Below, piece by piece: positions 15,744 to 26,278 of a stretch of DNA of 64,000 nt. The position numbers and the translations under genes were made by a program. The stretch comes from a virus. Taxonomy: Duplodnaviria > Caudoviricetes. The DNA is taken from IMG/VR virus record IMGVR_UViG_3300021387_000104, positions 3,409-67,408 of that record; one strand, given 5' to 3'. Position 1 is the stretch's first letter. The number at the start of each line of letters is the position of its first letter. Below the pieces are notes generated by a model. The model made no database searches. It saw nothing but the letters and a program-made list of their open reading frames with translations, and was not told where the DNA came from.

Positions 15744-16061
15744 ATGGCATGGAATAGAAAAACACGGCGTGAGTTGAGCCGGTACGGCATCGGTGAACAG
15801 ATTGTCAAGGACAAGTTTTCAGAGCAGTTCAACATCCAGCGCGCCAACGATTATAAGTTCGCCTGGGCGGCAGCTTTTACGGCATTCTGGGAAAAGACCG
15901 GCATGAGCAAAGACGAATTGCAACAGGTAGCGGAGCGCACGGTCGAATTGCGAAACAATGCTCTGTGTGCAGAGGAACTGGTCGCGGATCTGAAGGACAA
16001 GACTGGGTTTGACGTGAACCAGCCGCCGTCCACCTACATCTACGACGATTTGGGGGTGTGA
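15744..16061 (+). CDS. Hypothetical protein
   Basis: Tightly packed co-oriented ORF. Confidence 0.6.
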   Translation: MAWNRKTRRELSRYGIGEQIVKDKFSEQFNIQRANDYKFAWAAAFTAFWEKTGMSKDELQQVAERTVELRNNALCAEELVADLKDKTGFDVNQPPSTYIYDDLGV

Positions 16062-16213
16062 GCATATGCGCGTTATCGACGCAGACCTATTTATCCGCTG
16101 GCATGAGCGAGACAAGGACGGCAACGAAATAGACTGTTGCGGCACGGTAGAGGACTATCTGAGCGAAGCGAGGACAGAAGACGGGCAGAGGATCATCGGG
16201 GAGGAAATGGACG

Positions 16214-16633
16214 ATGGCTGACAGGGAGAAGGTCATCAGGGCCGTTGAAACTTGTTTTGATAGCTGGATTGATAAGCACCGGAACATGGGTCTTGATTTG
16301 CATGAAGTCGATCGGTTGAAACGAGAAGCGCTGGAATTGCTGAAAGAACAGGAGCCAAAGGTACTGACACGGGAAGAGCTAAAACAGTTTGATGAACGTC
16401 CTTGCTGGTTTGAATCTCACGGGACGTATATGGGTCAAAAAGGCTTTTGGATCATACCATATATGTTTACTTGTTATGAAACTATGTACTACGTGTATCC
16501 ACTTATGCAAATAAACGATCGTGGAGACTGTCATTTTTCTGAATTGGGATTGAGTGCATATAACAAAGCGTGGCGCTGCTGGTCCGCTCGACCGACAGAT
16601 GAACAGCGAAAGGCGGTGAAGTGGGATGACTGA
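16214..16633 (+). CDS. REK/KEQEP family protein 1
   Basis: DREKVI...ALELLKEQEP...AVKW. Confidence 0.65.
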   Translation: MADREKVIRAVETCFDSWIDKHRNMGLDLHEVDRLKREALELLKEQEPKVLTREELKQFDERPCWFESHGTYMGQKGFWIIPYMFTCYETMYYVYPLMQINDRGDCHFSELGLSAYNKAWRCWSARPTDEQRKAVKWDD

Positions 16634-16886
16634 CAGGGAGAAGGCCATAAGCAATTTTGAGCATGAAGTGAACAAGACCCACGACAGAGGGTGGGGCATT
16701 GTCGATTTGCGCATAGAAGACGCCAAGGAAATACTTGCGTTGCTGAAAGAGCAGGAACCCGCTCGTATTCAAAAACGCGAATTTGCACATATGTGGTTCT
16801 GGTGCTGTGGGTCTTGTGGCGTAGCAATAACAGAAGGGGATAGGTTTTGCAGGATGTGCGGAAGGGCGGTGAAGTGGGATGAATAA
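16626..16886 (+). CDS. REK/KEQEP family zinc-ribbon protein 2
   Basis: LLKEQEP...CGSCG...FCRMCGRAVKW. Confidence 0.7.
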   Translation: MTDREKAISNFEHEVNKTHDRGWGIVDLRIEDAKEILALLKEQEPARIQKREFAHMWFWCCGSCGVAITEGDRFCRMCGRAVKWDE

Positions 16887-17073
16887 AAAACGCAAGTATT
16901 ATCGAAGGTGTGGAATTTGCGGAAAAAGGTATGAACAGAAAGAGATGAAGAGAACACCATATAGCAAAAACGGATGGCTTTGTAAAGAGTGCTATGAAGA
17001 TGAAACAGATGCGTTTTTGATGTTTGATAATAATACAGGAGACCCTATTGGCTATGATTTAGATGAATGGTGA
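16879..17073 (+). CDS. Small CxxC zinc-binding protein
   Basis: CGICG...CKEC. Confidence 0.55.
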   Translation: MNKKRKYYRRCGICGKRYEQKEMKRTPYSKNGWLCKECYEDETDAFLMFDNNTGDPIGYDLDEW

Positions 17074-17310
17074 ATGGAAAGCAGGCAAAGTAGGATGATG
17101 ATAAAGAAGCGGCCAACGGCAAGGATTGAATGGAGCAACGGTAACGACGGTTGGGATGGGCGTTATTACATAGCGTATTACTGCCCAGAGTGCGGTCGAA
17201 GAATACAACACTATGCCAAAGACAACGCCTGTGAGCGGTGCGGAACCTTTTACGACTGGGGAGAGCGTGAACCCACCATTGAAATAACGAGGAGCGTCAA
17301 ATGGGAATGA
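17074..17310 (+). CDS. Small zinc-ribbon protein
   Basis: YCPECG...CERCG. Confidence 0.55.
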   Translation: MESRQSRMMIKKRPTARIEWSNGNDGWDGRYYIAYYCPECGRRIQHYAKDNACERCGTFYDWGEREPTIEITRSVKWE

Positions 17311-17702
17311 AAAAGACAATTTGCCTGTTGGTACTGGTTGTGTTTATGGCGGTCATACTCACAGGGTGTATGGAGCAGGAAGCAGATAAGGTCACAAGAA
17401 ATCTCAGCTTACAGGCCGACAATTTCAATGTGACTCGCCGGGTGACGGTGTATAACTGCCGTACCGACAAGATACTGCTTGAAGTGGTCGGGAACCTGAG
17501 TGTGCAAAAGTCTGGCGGTGACGTTGACCTGATCATTGAAGTCGCTCCGGGGCAGTACAAAAAGCACTTCGTTCGCCTGAACGACTGGACGATGTACGTT
17601 GTCGAGGACGTTTCCGGTGCTTTTGCGGATAAATACCATTACACAATCAATTTCCTCCCGGATTCGATCATGCCTATCAGGTTTACAAACAACATTGATT
17701 AA
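17301..17702 (+). CDS. Phage lipoprotein
   Basis: Signal peptide with LTGC lipobox. Confidence 0.75.
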   Translation: MGMKKTICLLVLVVFMAVILTGCMEQEADKVTRNLSLQADNFNVTRRVTVYNCRTDKILLEVVGNLSVQKSGGDVDLIIEVAPGQYKKHFVRLNDWTMYVVEDVSGAFADKYHYTINFLPDSIMPIRFTNNID

Positions 17703-17716
17703 GGCGGTGAAATGGG

Positions 17717-18013
17717 ATGACTGATCGAGAGAAAGCTATCAAGGGGCTGACACATTGTACCGCGTGGAGTGGCTTACATGAATGTCAGCCGAAGGTTGGG
17801 GACGATTGCCCATATGAAGACGAGGCTGACTGTCAGTTGTCTCTTATGCGTGATGCCCTTGTCCTGCTGAAAGAGCAGGAGCCCGTGAAACCGATCACCG
17901 ACCAGGGCGCTGTGTTCAGGACGTATGCTTGCGGCAATTGCAAGACGCACTTTTACCTGCGCCAGCAAAAATACTGCGCCATATGCGGAAGGGCGGTGAA
18001 ATGGAATGAATGA
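17717..18013 (+). CDS. REK/KEQEP family zinc-ribbon protein 3
   Basis: DREKAIKGL.HC...LLKEQEPV...CGNC...YCAICGRAVKW. Confidence 0.7.
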   Translation: MTDREKAIKGLTHCTAWSGLHECQPKVGDDCPYEDEADCQLSLMRDALVLLKEQEPVKPITDQGAVFRTYACGNCKTHFYLRQQKYCAICGRAVKWNE

Positions 18014-18212
18014 CTTCAAGGAAGGCCAGTACATCATCTATCAGAATGGCGACATGTTTGAGATCGGGAAGATCAAACGCCTCACGCCGACCGGCGCGTT
18101 TGTATGGTATTCATGCGGTGATACTGCTGCAAAGACGCCGTATGACTGTATGCACCCGATTCTGAATGCGTATGTGATCGGCGAGACTGGGCTTGGAGGG
18201 TGTATGGCATGA
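18006..18212 (+). CDS. Hypothetical protein
   Basis: Overlapping start/stop chain. Confidence 0.55.
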   Translation: MNDFKEGQYIIYQNGDMFEIGKIKRLTPTGAFVWYSCGDTAAKTPYDCMHPILNAYVIGETGLGGCMA

Positions 18213-18402
18213 GTAGACTTGCCGCCAATGAGATCACCATAGAGGTCAATGCGACCATGAACGTATCGGAAAAGACGGCTATCGTGTGTCTGCTGCTGCT
18301 CGAAACGTACATGAACGCGCACCCGGAAATGGATCTGATCGGGAATTATGACGAGCGTGGCTGTGTGAGCTATGAACTGAAAAAGAAGGGAGGCCCGGAC
18401 GA

Positions 18403-18708
18403 ATGCGACCGATAGACGCCGATGCGCTGATGGATTACTGCAACAACCAGAAGAGCAAAACGATTGACGCGAACGATATTGCGAGATTCCCGACCGCTAT
18501 CGGCTGGACCAGTGTCAAGGAAAGACTGCCGGAAAAGAACCAGATCGTGATTGCGTCTGACGGAGAACATACATGGGACGTTGGTATGTACAAAAGCTTT
18601 TGCGGCAAGCCGTCTGAGTGGAACTGGAAAAAGAACACCGTTAAAACCGTACTGTGGTGGATGCCAAAGGATGGCGCTTTGCCAGAACCGCCGAAGGAGG
18701 AAGAATAA
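18403..18708 (+). CDS. DUF551-like protein
   Basis: MRPIDADAL...WTSVKERLPE...WWMP...LPEPP. Confidence 0.6.
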   Translation: MRPIDADALMDYCNNQKSKTIDANDIARFPTAIGWTSVKERLPEKNQIVIASDGEHTWDVGMYKSFCGKPSEWNWKKNTVKTVLWWMPKDGALPEPPKEEE

Positions 18709-18711
18709 ATC

Positions 18712-19290
18712 ATGGTTGATTACGCAAAACGAGAACTAGACATCCTCTGCCCGCCGGATGAGAACGGTAGGAAAGACCCGATGCAGGAGATGGCAGACAA
18801 AAACGTTCTGGACATCGTTGCTATGTTTGCTGAACAGGGCCATAGTGGCATGACTGCGCTCTATGTACTGAGCATCCTGGATCGCGTATTGCGTTTCAAG
18901 CCCATTACACCGCTCACGGGAGCGGATGAGGAGTGGAAAGACGTAGGCAATGGCGAAGAGCAAAACAAGCGCTGTTTCTCGGTGTTCAGGTATAATCACG
19001 ACAACACGACCGCCTATGACAGCGAAGGCAAGGTATTCAGCGATGACGGCGGGAAGACGTTTTACAGCTGCCGCGAATCGCATGTGCCGGTCACGTTCCC
19101 CTATACGCCGCCCACTCACCCTGAGCACGTGATCCTGAAGGAGGCTGAACCTACCACCGCAGAAATGCAGCTTCAGATGGCAATCGAGGACGCGGAGCAG
19201 TTTATGAAAAAAGCGCCGTATCTCGGCTACGATCACGCAAAAAACCTGATCGCGGCGGCAAAGGAGGTCATACATGCCGACAAAAGGTAA
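18712..19290 (+). CDS. Conserved phage hypothetical protein
   Basis: FAEQGHSG...PITPLTGADEEW...QNKRC..VFR. Confidence 0.65.
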   Translation: MVDYAKRELDILCPPDENGRKDPMQEMADKNVLDIVAMFAEQGHSGMTALYVLSILDRVLRFKPITPLTGADEEWKDVGNGEEQNKRCFSVFRYNHDNTTAYDSEGKVFSDDGGKTFYSCRESHVPVTFPYTPPTHPEHVILKEAEPTTAEMQLQMAIEDAEQFMKKAPYLGYDHAKNLIAAAKEVIHADKR

Positions 19291-19525
19291 ATGCTGGTCA
19301 TGCGGGGAGTTTGCTTATCTGACCGGACGGCTCCTGCAGAATCTCGATGACGGACACATGGAGTTTCACATGATTTGTTTGAAGTGCGCTGAGTATTTTG
19401 CAAAGAAAATGCAGGGGAGGCTGTGCGATGGCGTTTAGAATCTGGAGATTTCTTGCCAACACCATGCTGCGCATGGTCGACCTGTGCATTCGCCGGATGG
19501 AGAGAATAAAGGACGCGAAGATGCG

Positions 19526-20220
19526 TTAAATAGGAGCATAAGATGGATAAAATAGAATTGACACATGAGGAACGACTAATTATATCGTTAGCCCTCGCAA
19601 TGTATCATGATGCTATCCTGAAGATCAGTGACAAGATAGGCTTGCCGTCAAAGAAGGATGTTCTAAAACTTTACTACAAAATCTTGGAGAGCTGACTTAA
19701 ATAGGAGTTTTGACATCATGGAAAATAATCATGTGCATCTTTGTAATTCATGCTGCAATTCTTACCCTGAATGTGATGACGATAAATTAGCTATCGAATT
19801 TGGTGACGGTATCGGTAACGATAATATTTGTTGTTGCAATAAGTACGAGCCACTAACGGAGCATGATTATGATCGAGGCGGGTACAAATAACTTAAATAG
19901 GAGCTTACGATGCTTAGAAAGCTGATTGCAAAATGGAAGTATAGGCGTTTCTGCAAACACAATCGTTGCCCGGATTGTATTTATCACGATTTTGTGTTTG
20001 ACGGTAGCATCTTCAGCGGTAATCGTTGCCGTCATCCTGCGGCAAGGTTATGACTTAAATAGGAGGATAAGAAATATGGATTGCCCGTGGTATTTAGGGC
20101 TTGAGGCCACCGAAGAATGCCTCAAAACATGTCCAATCACTGATGATAACAGAGATAGCTCCATTTGCCCGGAGAGCACAAGCGCAGATGACTGTTATCT
20201 CGACTTGACTTAAATAGGAG
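19526..20220 (+). repeat. Five TTAAATAGGAG junctions delimiting four 45-57-aa micro-ORFs
   Basis: Motif at 19526, 19697, 19893, 20055 and 20210; ORFs 19543-19695, 19718-19891, 19910-20053 and 20076-20213; a sixth copy at 22646. Confidence 0.75.
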
Positions 20221-20660
20221 GAGGCCGTTATTAACGGTGATTGAAATGATACGGTGTCTGGTTCTCAGCAAGAGCAAATGCACACTACTGGACTTAATTT
20301 CACGTTCGATTCGTGAAGCCGTATTGTTTTAAATAACACTTTCCACAAAACGGAGGAAACATGGGTAAACTGATCGACATTGACGAGAACAGGCCGCACA
20401 AGGTCAGCGAAGTGGTCTGCCTGAAGTGCCTGCATCGGTGGATTGCCGTGCGCCCGGTCGGGACGCTGCTCAAAGAGCTGCATTGCCCGAAATGCGGCTG
20501 GCAATGCGCGATAGAAACTGGGGAGGAAATCGACGATGATGTGGGTTGATACGTTCCTGAAACTGTGCGCGATCACAGCGCTCGTGGTATTCATCATGTT
20601 CATGGCTACGCTGTCTGTCTGCATCGTGATTTCCGTAAAGGACGAAAGGAGAAAGAAACA

Positions 20661-21071
20661 ATGAAAATCAAGATTGATCCTGGCGCATATGAACCGGTCC
20701 GCGCCCATGACGTGGACGCTGGGCTGGACTTACGCGCCATGAACACGGCGGTCGTGCCGCCAAGAGGGAGCGCAGTATTCAATACGGGTGTGCACGTGGA
20801 ATTGCCTCACGGTTGCGCCGGATTATTGGTGAGCAAATCTGGTCTGAACGTGAACGCTGATATTACAAGCACAGGACTAATTGACGAGGGTTACAGCGGC
20901 GCGATCAAGGTCAAATTGTACAACCATGGCAACAAGTGTATCACTATTTCAGAGGGACAAAGGATCAGCCAACTTGTCGTAATTTCTGTCAGGTACGAGC
21001 CTGTTGAACTGGTAGACGAAATAGAGGTCAAAGGGCGCGGAAATGATGGGTTTGGAAGTACGGGAAAATGA
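20661..21071 (+). CDS. dut: Trimeric dUTPase
   Basis: DAGLDL, SKSGL, GLIDEGYSGAI, RISQLV and RG..GFGSTG motifs. Confidence 0.93.
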   Translation: MKIKIDPGAYEPVRAHDVDAGLDLRAMNTAVVPPRGSAVFNTGVHVELPHGCAGLLVSKSGLNVNADITSTGLIDEGYSGAIKVKLYNHGNKCITISEGQRISQLVVISVRYEPVELVDEIEVKGRGNDGFGSTGK

Positions 21072-21502
21072 TGAAGGGAGCTACTATGAATTACATTATT
21101 GATCCGTCTGTATTCTATTGGATTAACGTCTTCGGTATTCTTCAAACAGTTTGCGCTGTTATTGGCGGCGTTCTTTTAGCTGCTGGAATTTGCTGCTGTA
21201 TTGCATATTTCTATTATCGTGACGATACAACCAAACGTGTTTATGACGAAAAAAAGAGAGATTATGTCGATATTCCGGATAAAGATATATTAGATAGAAT
21301 TCACGATCTTCTAATATTGGCAAAAGTATGCTTTGTACTCGGGGCTGTATTGTGCGTGGCTTCGATATTTATTCCTGGCAAAGTCGCAAGCGTCGAAATG
21401 CTAATTGCGCGTACAGCTACCTTCGACAATGTAAACATGACTGTCGATGGCATCAAAGACCTTGTTGATTACATAGTTACAGCCATTAAGAGCGCTGTGT
21501 AA
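21068..21502 (+). CDS. Two-TM membrane protein
   Basis: Two hydrophobic helices. Confidence 0.6.
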   Translation: MMKGATMNYIIDPSVFYWINVFGILQTVCAVIGGVLLAAGICCCIAYFYYRDDTTKRVYDEKKRDYVDIPDKDILDRIHDLLILAKVCFVLGAVLCVASIFIPGKVASVEMLIARTATFDNVNMTVDGIKDLVDYIVTAIKSAV

Positions 21503-21527
21503 TTATAGTTAAAAGGAGAAGAAAAGT

Positions 21528-22103
21528 ATGAAAAAGCTATGGTTTATCATGCTCCTTATGACCGTTATGATTGCTACTACGGCGTGTTCAGATGAACCGC
21601 TGCCAGTTTCTGGGTCTGCCGCAGACAAAATTGCTCAGAAAGCCGTTGCTAACAATCTTGCCAGCAACCAGCCAACGCCGACCGATATTAACTATTCGCT
21701 TGAGCGGTATAACCTGATCCGGCGCACATATTGGGTCAACGGTCAGCGCGAAAAGGCGAACACATTGGTATGCGAGATAGAAAAGCCGCTTGGATATATC
21801 GTTCTTTTCGCAGGGAACGCCACTGTGGGGCGTTTCGTTGTAGACGGAAAGGTATCGTCCCTCAATAGTTTCCTTACGCCTGACAGCGATTATTATGAAC
21901 TGGTTTACAATGGTGAAAGCTACACAAAATATAACAATTGGCTTGCGGACGTGGACGGCAGTTACGGAGAGAATGACAACGGAATCTTCTTCTTCACGCC
22001 TGATGGAAAATACGTGGAATGGACTGGCGAGTATCTGTACAGTGACATTCCGTTCACGGTCGAAAAGCCTGTTGTGACATATGAGGTAAACAGCAATGAG
22101 TGA
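21528..22103 (+). CDS. Phage lipoprotein
   Basis: AAGGAG RBS; signal peptide ending TTAC-S. Confidence 0.72.
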   Translation: MKKLWFIMLLMTVMIATTACSDEPLPVSGSAADKIAQKAVANNLASNQPTPTDINYSLERYNLIRRTYWVNGQREKANTLVCEIEKPLGYIVLFAGNATVGRFVVDGKVSSLNSFLTPDSDYYELVYNGESYTKYNNWLADVDGSYGENDNGIFFFTPDGKYVEWTGEYLYSDIPFTVEKPVVTYEVNSNE

Positions 22104-22485
22104 AACAACAAAGATCATTGTAGCCGTGACTTGCACGATCCTGATACTGGCAACGCTGTTTTTCACGCTCGTGCCGTCTGGACGGGCTGTCTGGAACAGT
22201 TACCAGTATACCATGCACAAGGTGGATGACGCGACATTGTACCAGACGCGAAAGAAGGTTGAAGATTCCTGCCGCGCCATGATCAGCAGCTATACCAGCG
22301 ACATCTTGACCTACGATCAGTACAAAGACAGCGCCGACAATGAGAAACAAGACTGGGCAGAACAGGCGAAAATGAGAGCTAACAAGACTGCGGCATCCTA
22401 CAATGAATATGTGCTGAAAAACTCGTATGTATGGGAAGGCAACGTTCCGAGTGATATTCGCAAGCAACTGGATTACATAAAGTAG
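22096..22485 (+). CDS. Membrane-anchored hypothetical protein
   Basis: N-terminal TM helix; overlaps the previous stop. Confidence 0.65.
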   Translation: MSETTKIIVAVTCTILILATLFFTLVPSGRAVWNSYQYTMHKVDDATLYQTRKKVEDSCRAMISSYTSDILTYDQYKDSADNEKQDWAEQAKMRANKTAASYNEYVLKNSYVWEGNVPSDIRKQLDYIK

Positions 22486-23300
22486 GAGTTTTGGTCATGA
22501 CCGTAAAAGAATTGATTGAAAAACTACAACAAGAGAATCCTGATGCGCTGGTGTATACGATGGATAATTCAGATGATATTGCTCTCATTGTAACCAAAGT
22601 TAGCAGGAATATCCTTGAAGGGAAAGACGAGACAGTTACAATACATTAAATAGGAGTTTTGACCCATGACAGAAGATGAAGAATTGGACGAATTTGTGCG
22701 AGAGGTATACAATAGCGTTAATAAAAATTATCTCAGACAACAGGCTATAAATGCGCTTGTAGCGAGCGGCAAAAGCCGAGAAGAAGCAGAGGCATGGATT
22801 AACCAAGCGGAAATCTTCATTAAATAACACCTTAACATGCCGGACAATGGCAACTGGCACAGCGAGGCCAGCCGTTCAAGTCGGCAGTCCGGCACCACAC
22901 AGCATCCGGCACTTCTCCGCGCCGGGTGCGGGGGCGGGTGGCTAAAAGCCGAGCGGAATGTGTACCTCACTCACCCGTGCCATCCTCGGCAACGCAGTTT
23001 TGTTTCTTCGCCGCGCTGCCGTGAAGGATGACTATCGCCCTGACTACAAACTCCGCGCGTTCAACTCCTGCGTGCGGTCAGGTTTGGCGGCACAGCCTGG
23101 GCAAAAACCGCCATTTCCTTCTAAAATCAAAGAAAGGCAGATGATTCACATGTACACGCTTTACAGGAAGCCCGATAACGGTCCGCGTCAGTTGGTCGGC
23201 TACTATGATGACGTAATGGAAGGCGCTGCCGCCATTGAAGTGGACAAGGAAAAATTCGACGATAACGCGCAATATGAACTGGAAAAGGATGAGGAAAAGG

Positions 23301-24110
23301 ATGACTGAACAGGAATACAACCAACACGAGGGCGTCAGGCGTAGCGACCTGTGGAAGATCCGCGAAAGCCCAGAAAAATACCTATGGGCTATCGAGCATC
23401 CCGAAGAACCGACGCCGGCGCTGATATTCGGCGCAATGGTGCACAAAATGCTATTAGAGCCGCTTTCCTTCGCCAATGAGTACGCTGTAGCACCGAACGT
23501 GGACAGACGCACCAAGGCTGGCAAGGAAGCGTGGCAAGCCTTTACAGAGCAAAATAGCGGCAAGGTGATTATCAGCGCGGATGACTTCGACCAGGCGAAC
23601 GCGATGGTCAATCAGGCGATGAGCCATCCGATAGCGCAGAAGCTATTGGGTGGTCGGGCTGAACTGCCGCTGTTCTGGACGGACGAGGACACGACTGAAC
23701 TGTGCAAGGTGCGTCTGGACATGCTGACCGAACTGGATGGGCAGCCCGTGGTGGTGGATTACAAGACGGCCACCAGCGCCATGACGGATAAGTTCAATGA
23801 ATCGATTTTTAAGTACGGTTATGCGCTTCAAGCCTTCATGTACACCGAAGCGGTCATGAAGAACATGTGCCTGGCCGAACGGCCTAGATTCATCTTTATC
23901 GTGCAGGAAAAGAAACCTCCGTATAGTGTGAACGTGGTCGAAGTGACGGAAGACGTGATGACCAACGGCATGGACACGTTCAGGGAACTGATCGGTGTCC
24001 TGCACCAGTGCAAAGAGACCGGATACTTCTATTCGTTCAACGGGCCGTTCGATGAGATCAACGAGACATATCTTCCTGGCTGGCTCAGTATGGGGGATGA
24101 AGATGAGTGA
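23301..24110 (+). CDS. RecE/exonuclease VIII-like PD-(D/E)XK nuclease
   Basis: ALIFG..VH..LLEP, KVRLD, VVVDYKT and YGYALQA..Y motifs. Confidence 0.85.
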   Translation: MTEQEYNQHEGVRRSDLWKIRESPEKYLWAIEHPEEPTPALIFGAMVHKMLLEPLSFANEYAVAPNVDRRTKAGKEAWQAFTEQNSGKVIISADDFDQANAMVNQAMSHPIAQKLLGGRAELPLFWTDEDTTELCKVRLDMLTELDGQPVVVDYKTATSAMTDKFNESIFKYGYALQAFMYTEAVMKNMCLAERPRFIFIVQEKKPPYSVNVVEVTEDVMTNGMDTFRELIGVLHQCKETGYFYSFNGPFDEINETYLPGWLSMGDEDE

Positions 24111-24639
24111 GGAAATTTGGAAGGACGTTGACGGTCTAGAGGGGTGCTATCAAATAAGCACATTTGGGAGAGTCAAGTCACTTGCACGTTATGATTATAG
24201 TACTCGTTATCTAAAAGAAAAGATAATGAAACTGTCCAAAGATAAAGACGGCTACTACATTATAGGGCTAGGATGTGCTAAAAAAGGTATAAAACGAAAA
24301 ACTTATAGAGTACATCAAATGGTAGCAAAAGCGTTTATACCCAATCCATCTAATTTGCCGGAAGTCAATCATAAAGACGAAAACAAGATAAACAATTATG
24401 TGGGTAATCTTGAATGGTGTACGACAAAATACAACCTAACATATGGGCATCGTCTTGATTGTGCACGTGGTGAACGTAACGACAAGCATAAACTAACCAA
24501 AGAACAAGTACTTGAAATAAGAAGAATATATAAAAAGGGAGACTTGCAATTTGGACAAAGCGCATTAGCAAAAAAATATGGAGTTAAACATCCATCAATA
24601 GCAGCCATAATAAATCGAGAATCATGGAAACATATTTAA
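24103..24639 (+). CDS. NUMOD4/HNH homing endonuclease
   Basis: EIWKDV.G.EG.YQIS.FGRVKS; EVNHKDENK.NN...NLEW. Confidence 0.88.
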   Translation: MSEEIWKDVDGLEGCYQISTFGRVKSLARYDYSTRYLKEKIMKLSKDKDGYYIIGLGCAKKGIKRKTYRVHQMVAKAFIPNPSNLPEVNHKDENKINNYVGNLEWCTTKYNLTYGHRLDCARGERNDKHKLTKEQVLEIRRIYKKGDLQFGQSALAKKYGVKHPSIAAIINRESWKHI

Positions 24640-24649
24640 GGAGGACAAA

Positions 24650-25297
24650 ATGATACCGAAAGAACTACAAAGTATTCGACCGATGAGCGGAAAAGAGCGT
24701 CTTGGTGCCTTTAGGGATTCAGAATACCTTGGCGCCGAGGACATCGAACCTGGTACTGAACCTGTGCTGACCATCAAAGCGCTTTACAACGGCATGATCA
24801 CGCTGGCGCGCGGCAAGGAACGGCATGACGTGATCGCATTTGTAGAAGAGTCTGTGCCGGGGAGCATCAATCAGGTGCGTCCGCTGGTGGTCAACAGCAC
24901 GAACCGCAAGACACTGCGCAAGCTGTACCGTGGGACCTCTGCGGAAGCGCTGGTGGGAAAGAAGATCCAGCTTTTCTTAGAACCTAATGTAAGAGATCCA
25001 TCGACGGGCGACAAAGTGGACGGCATCCGCATCAGACCGAAAGTACCGAGCACACAAGCCAAACCGACCGGCCCAGTCCTATGCGCCGATTGCGGTCAGC
25101 CTATCACATCAGTCGGAACGTACAGCGCGGCGGATATCGCGCAGATCAATGAAAAGCGCTTTGGGCGAAAGCTCTGCGCGGCGTGCAGCAAGAAACTGGC
25201 AGAGCAAGCCAAGCAGGAACAGCCCAAGCCGGAAGAACCCGTTGCTGAAGAACCGAAGCCGCAGAGCAGTCTTGCGGAGTCACTGATGGAGGAATAA
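24650..25297 (+). CDS. Putative recombination (single-strand annealing-like) protein with C-terminal zinc ribbon
   Basis: Between the exonuclease and ssb; LCADCG...LCAAC. Confidence 0.5.
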   Translation: MIPKELQSIRPMSGKERLGAFRDSEYLGAEDIEPGTEPVLTIKALYNGMITLARGKERHDVIAFVEESVPGSINQVRPLVVNSTNRKTLRKLYRGTSAEALVGKKIQLFLEPNVRDPSTGDKVDGIRIRPKVPSTQAKPTGPVLCADCGQPITSVGTYSAADIAQINEKRFGRKLCAACSKKLAEQAKQEQPKPEEPVAEEPKPQSSLAESLMEE

Positions 25298-25301
25298 GCG
25301 T

Positions 25302-25715
25302 ATGGCAGTCAACAGCGTAGTGTATCAGGGCAGAATGACCAAGGACGTGGAACTTAAAACCACGCAGGGCGGCATCAGCTTCGCCAATTTCACGCTGGCA
25401 TGGTCTGAAAAGTACAAGGAAACGGAAAACAAATGCTTTCTCCGCTGCAAGGCGTGGCGTCAGACGGCTGAGTTCATCGACAAGTTCTTCCATGCCAAGG
25501 GATCTGAAGTGCTGGTAGAAGGACGGCTGGAGACCGAAGAATGGGAAAAAGACGGGCAGAAGCAGAGCATGACCGTGCTGAACGTGAGCCGCGCGCACTT
25601 TTGCGGCAAGCGTCAAGACGCCGCCACTACCACGGAACAGACCCACGAAAACACGAATAATCCTACGGCTACAGCCTATGTGCCGGTGAATGACGAAGAC
25701 GAACTGCCGTTCTGA
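25302..25715 (+). CDS. ssb: Single-stranded DNA-binding protein
   Basis: GRMTKDVELKTT, KGSEVLVEGRL and acidic DEDELPF tail. Confidence 0.92.
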   Translation: MAVNSVVYQGRMTKDVELKTTQGGISFANFTLAWSEKYKETENKCFLRCKAWRQTAEFIDKFFHAKGSEVLVEGRLETEEWEKDGQKQSMTVLNVSRAHFCGKRQDAATTTEQTHENTNNPTATAYVPVNDEDELPF

Positions 25716-25732
25716 CAGATGAGGCGACCATC

Positions 25733-26278
25733 ATGCCGAACATCTATACATGCACACACTGGTTGATAGAACGTGACCGGATATGCGCGTATTGTGGGAA
25801 AGTGTTTCCGACGCATGGTGACGAATGGGGCTATTACTACCGCAACAAGATCGCTTGCAGCTATGGCTGTATGCGCGCCATGGAAAGCGAAGAACAAAAC
25901 GTGACATCTGGCGGCGGAAATCGAAGCGGCGAGACTGTGCCGAAAAGACACAAAATGAACGAGCAGGACGTGGAACGCATTGGAAGTATGCGCAAAGCGG
26001 GGACTACAGTGCGAAAAATATGCGACAGCACTGGTTTTTGCGCAACGTCCGTCAAGGCGGCGCTGAGAAGTATGCACATTACAAAACCCAAGCATGTGAT
26101 CACTACAGAGGAGCAAACAGCGTTCAAATCGCTCCGTGAGCGGGGCATGAGCTACAAGGCAATCGCCATGAAGTACGATGTCAGCGCGTCTACGGTCAGG
26201 CGGTACGTGCACGGCAATGTAAACGATGACCATATAGCAACAGGAGGAGAAGAACATGTATCAGGAATTTGCGATTGA
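25733..26278 (+). CDS. Zinc-finger plus HTH protein
   Basis: CAYCG...CSYGC; C-terminal GMSYKAIAMKYDVSASTVRRY. Confidence 0.6.
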   Translation: MPNIYTCTHWLIERDRICAYCGKVFPTHGDEWGYYYRNKIACSYGCMRAMESEEQNVTSGGGNRSGETVPKRHKMNEQDVERIGSMRKAGTTVRKICDSTGFCATSVKAALRSMHITKPKHVITTEEQTAFKSLRERGMSYKAIAMKYDVSASTVRRYVHGNVNDDHIATGGEEHVSGICD

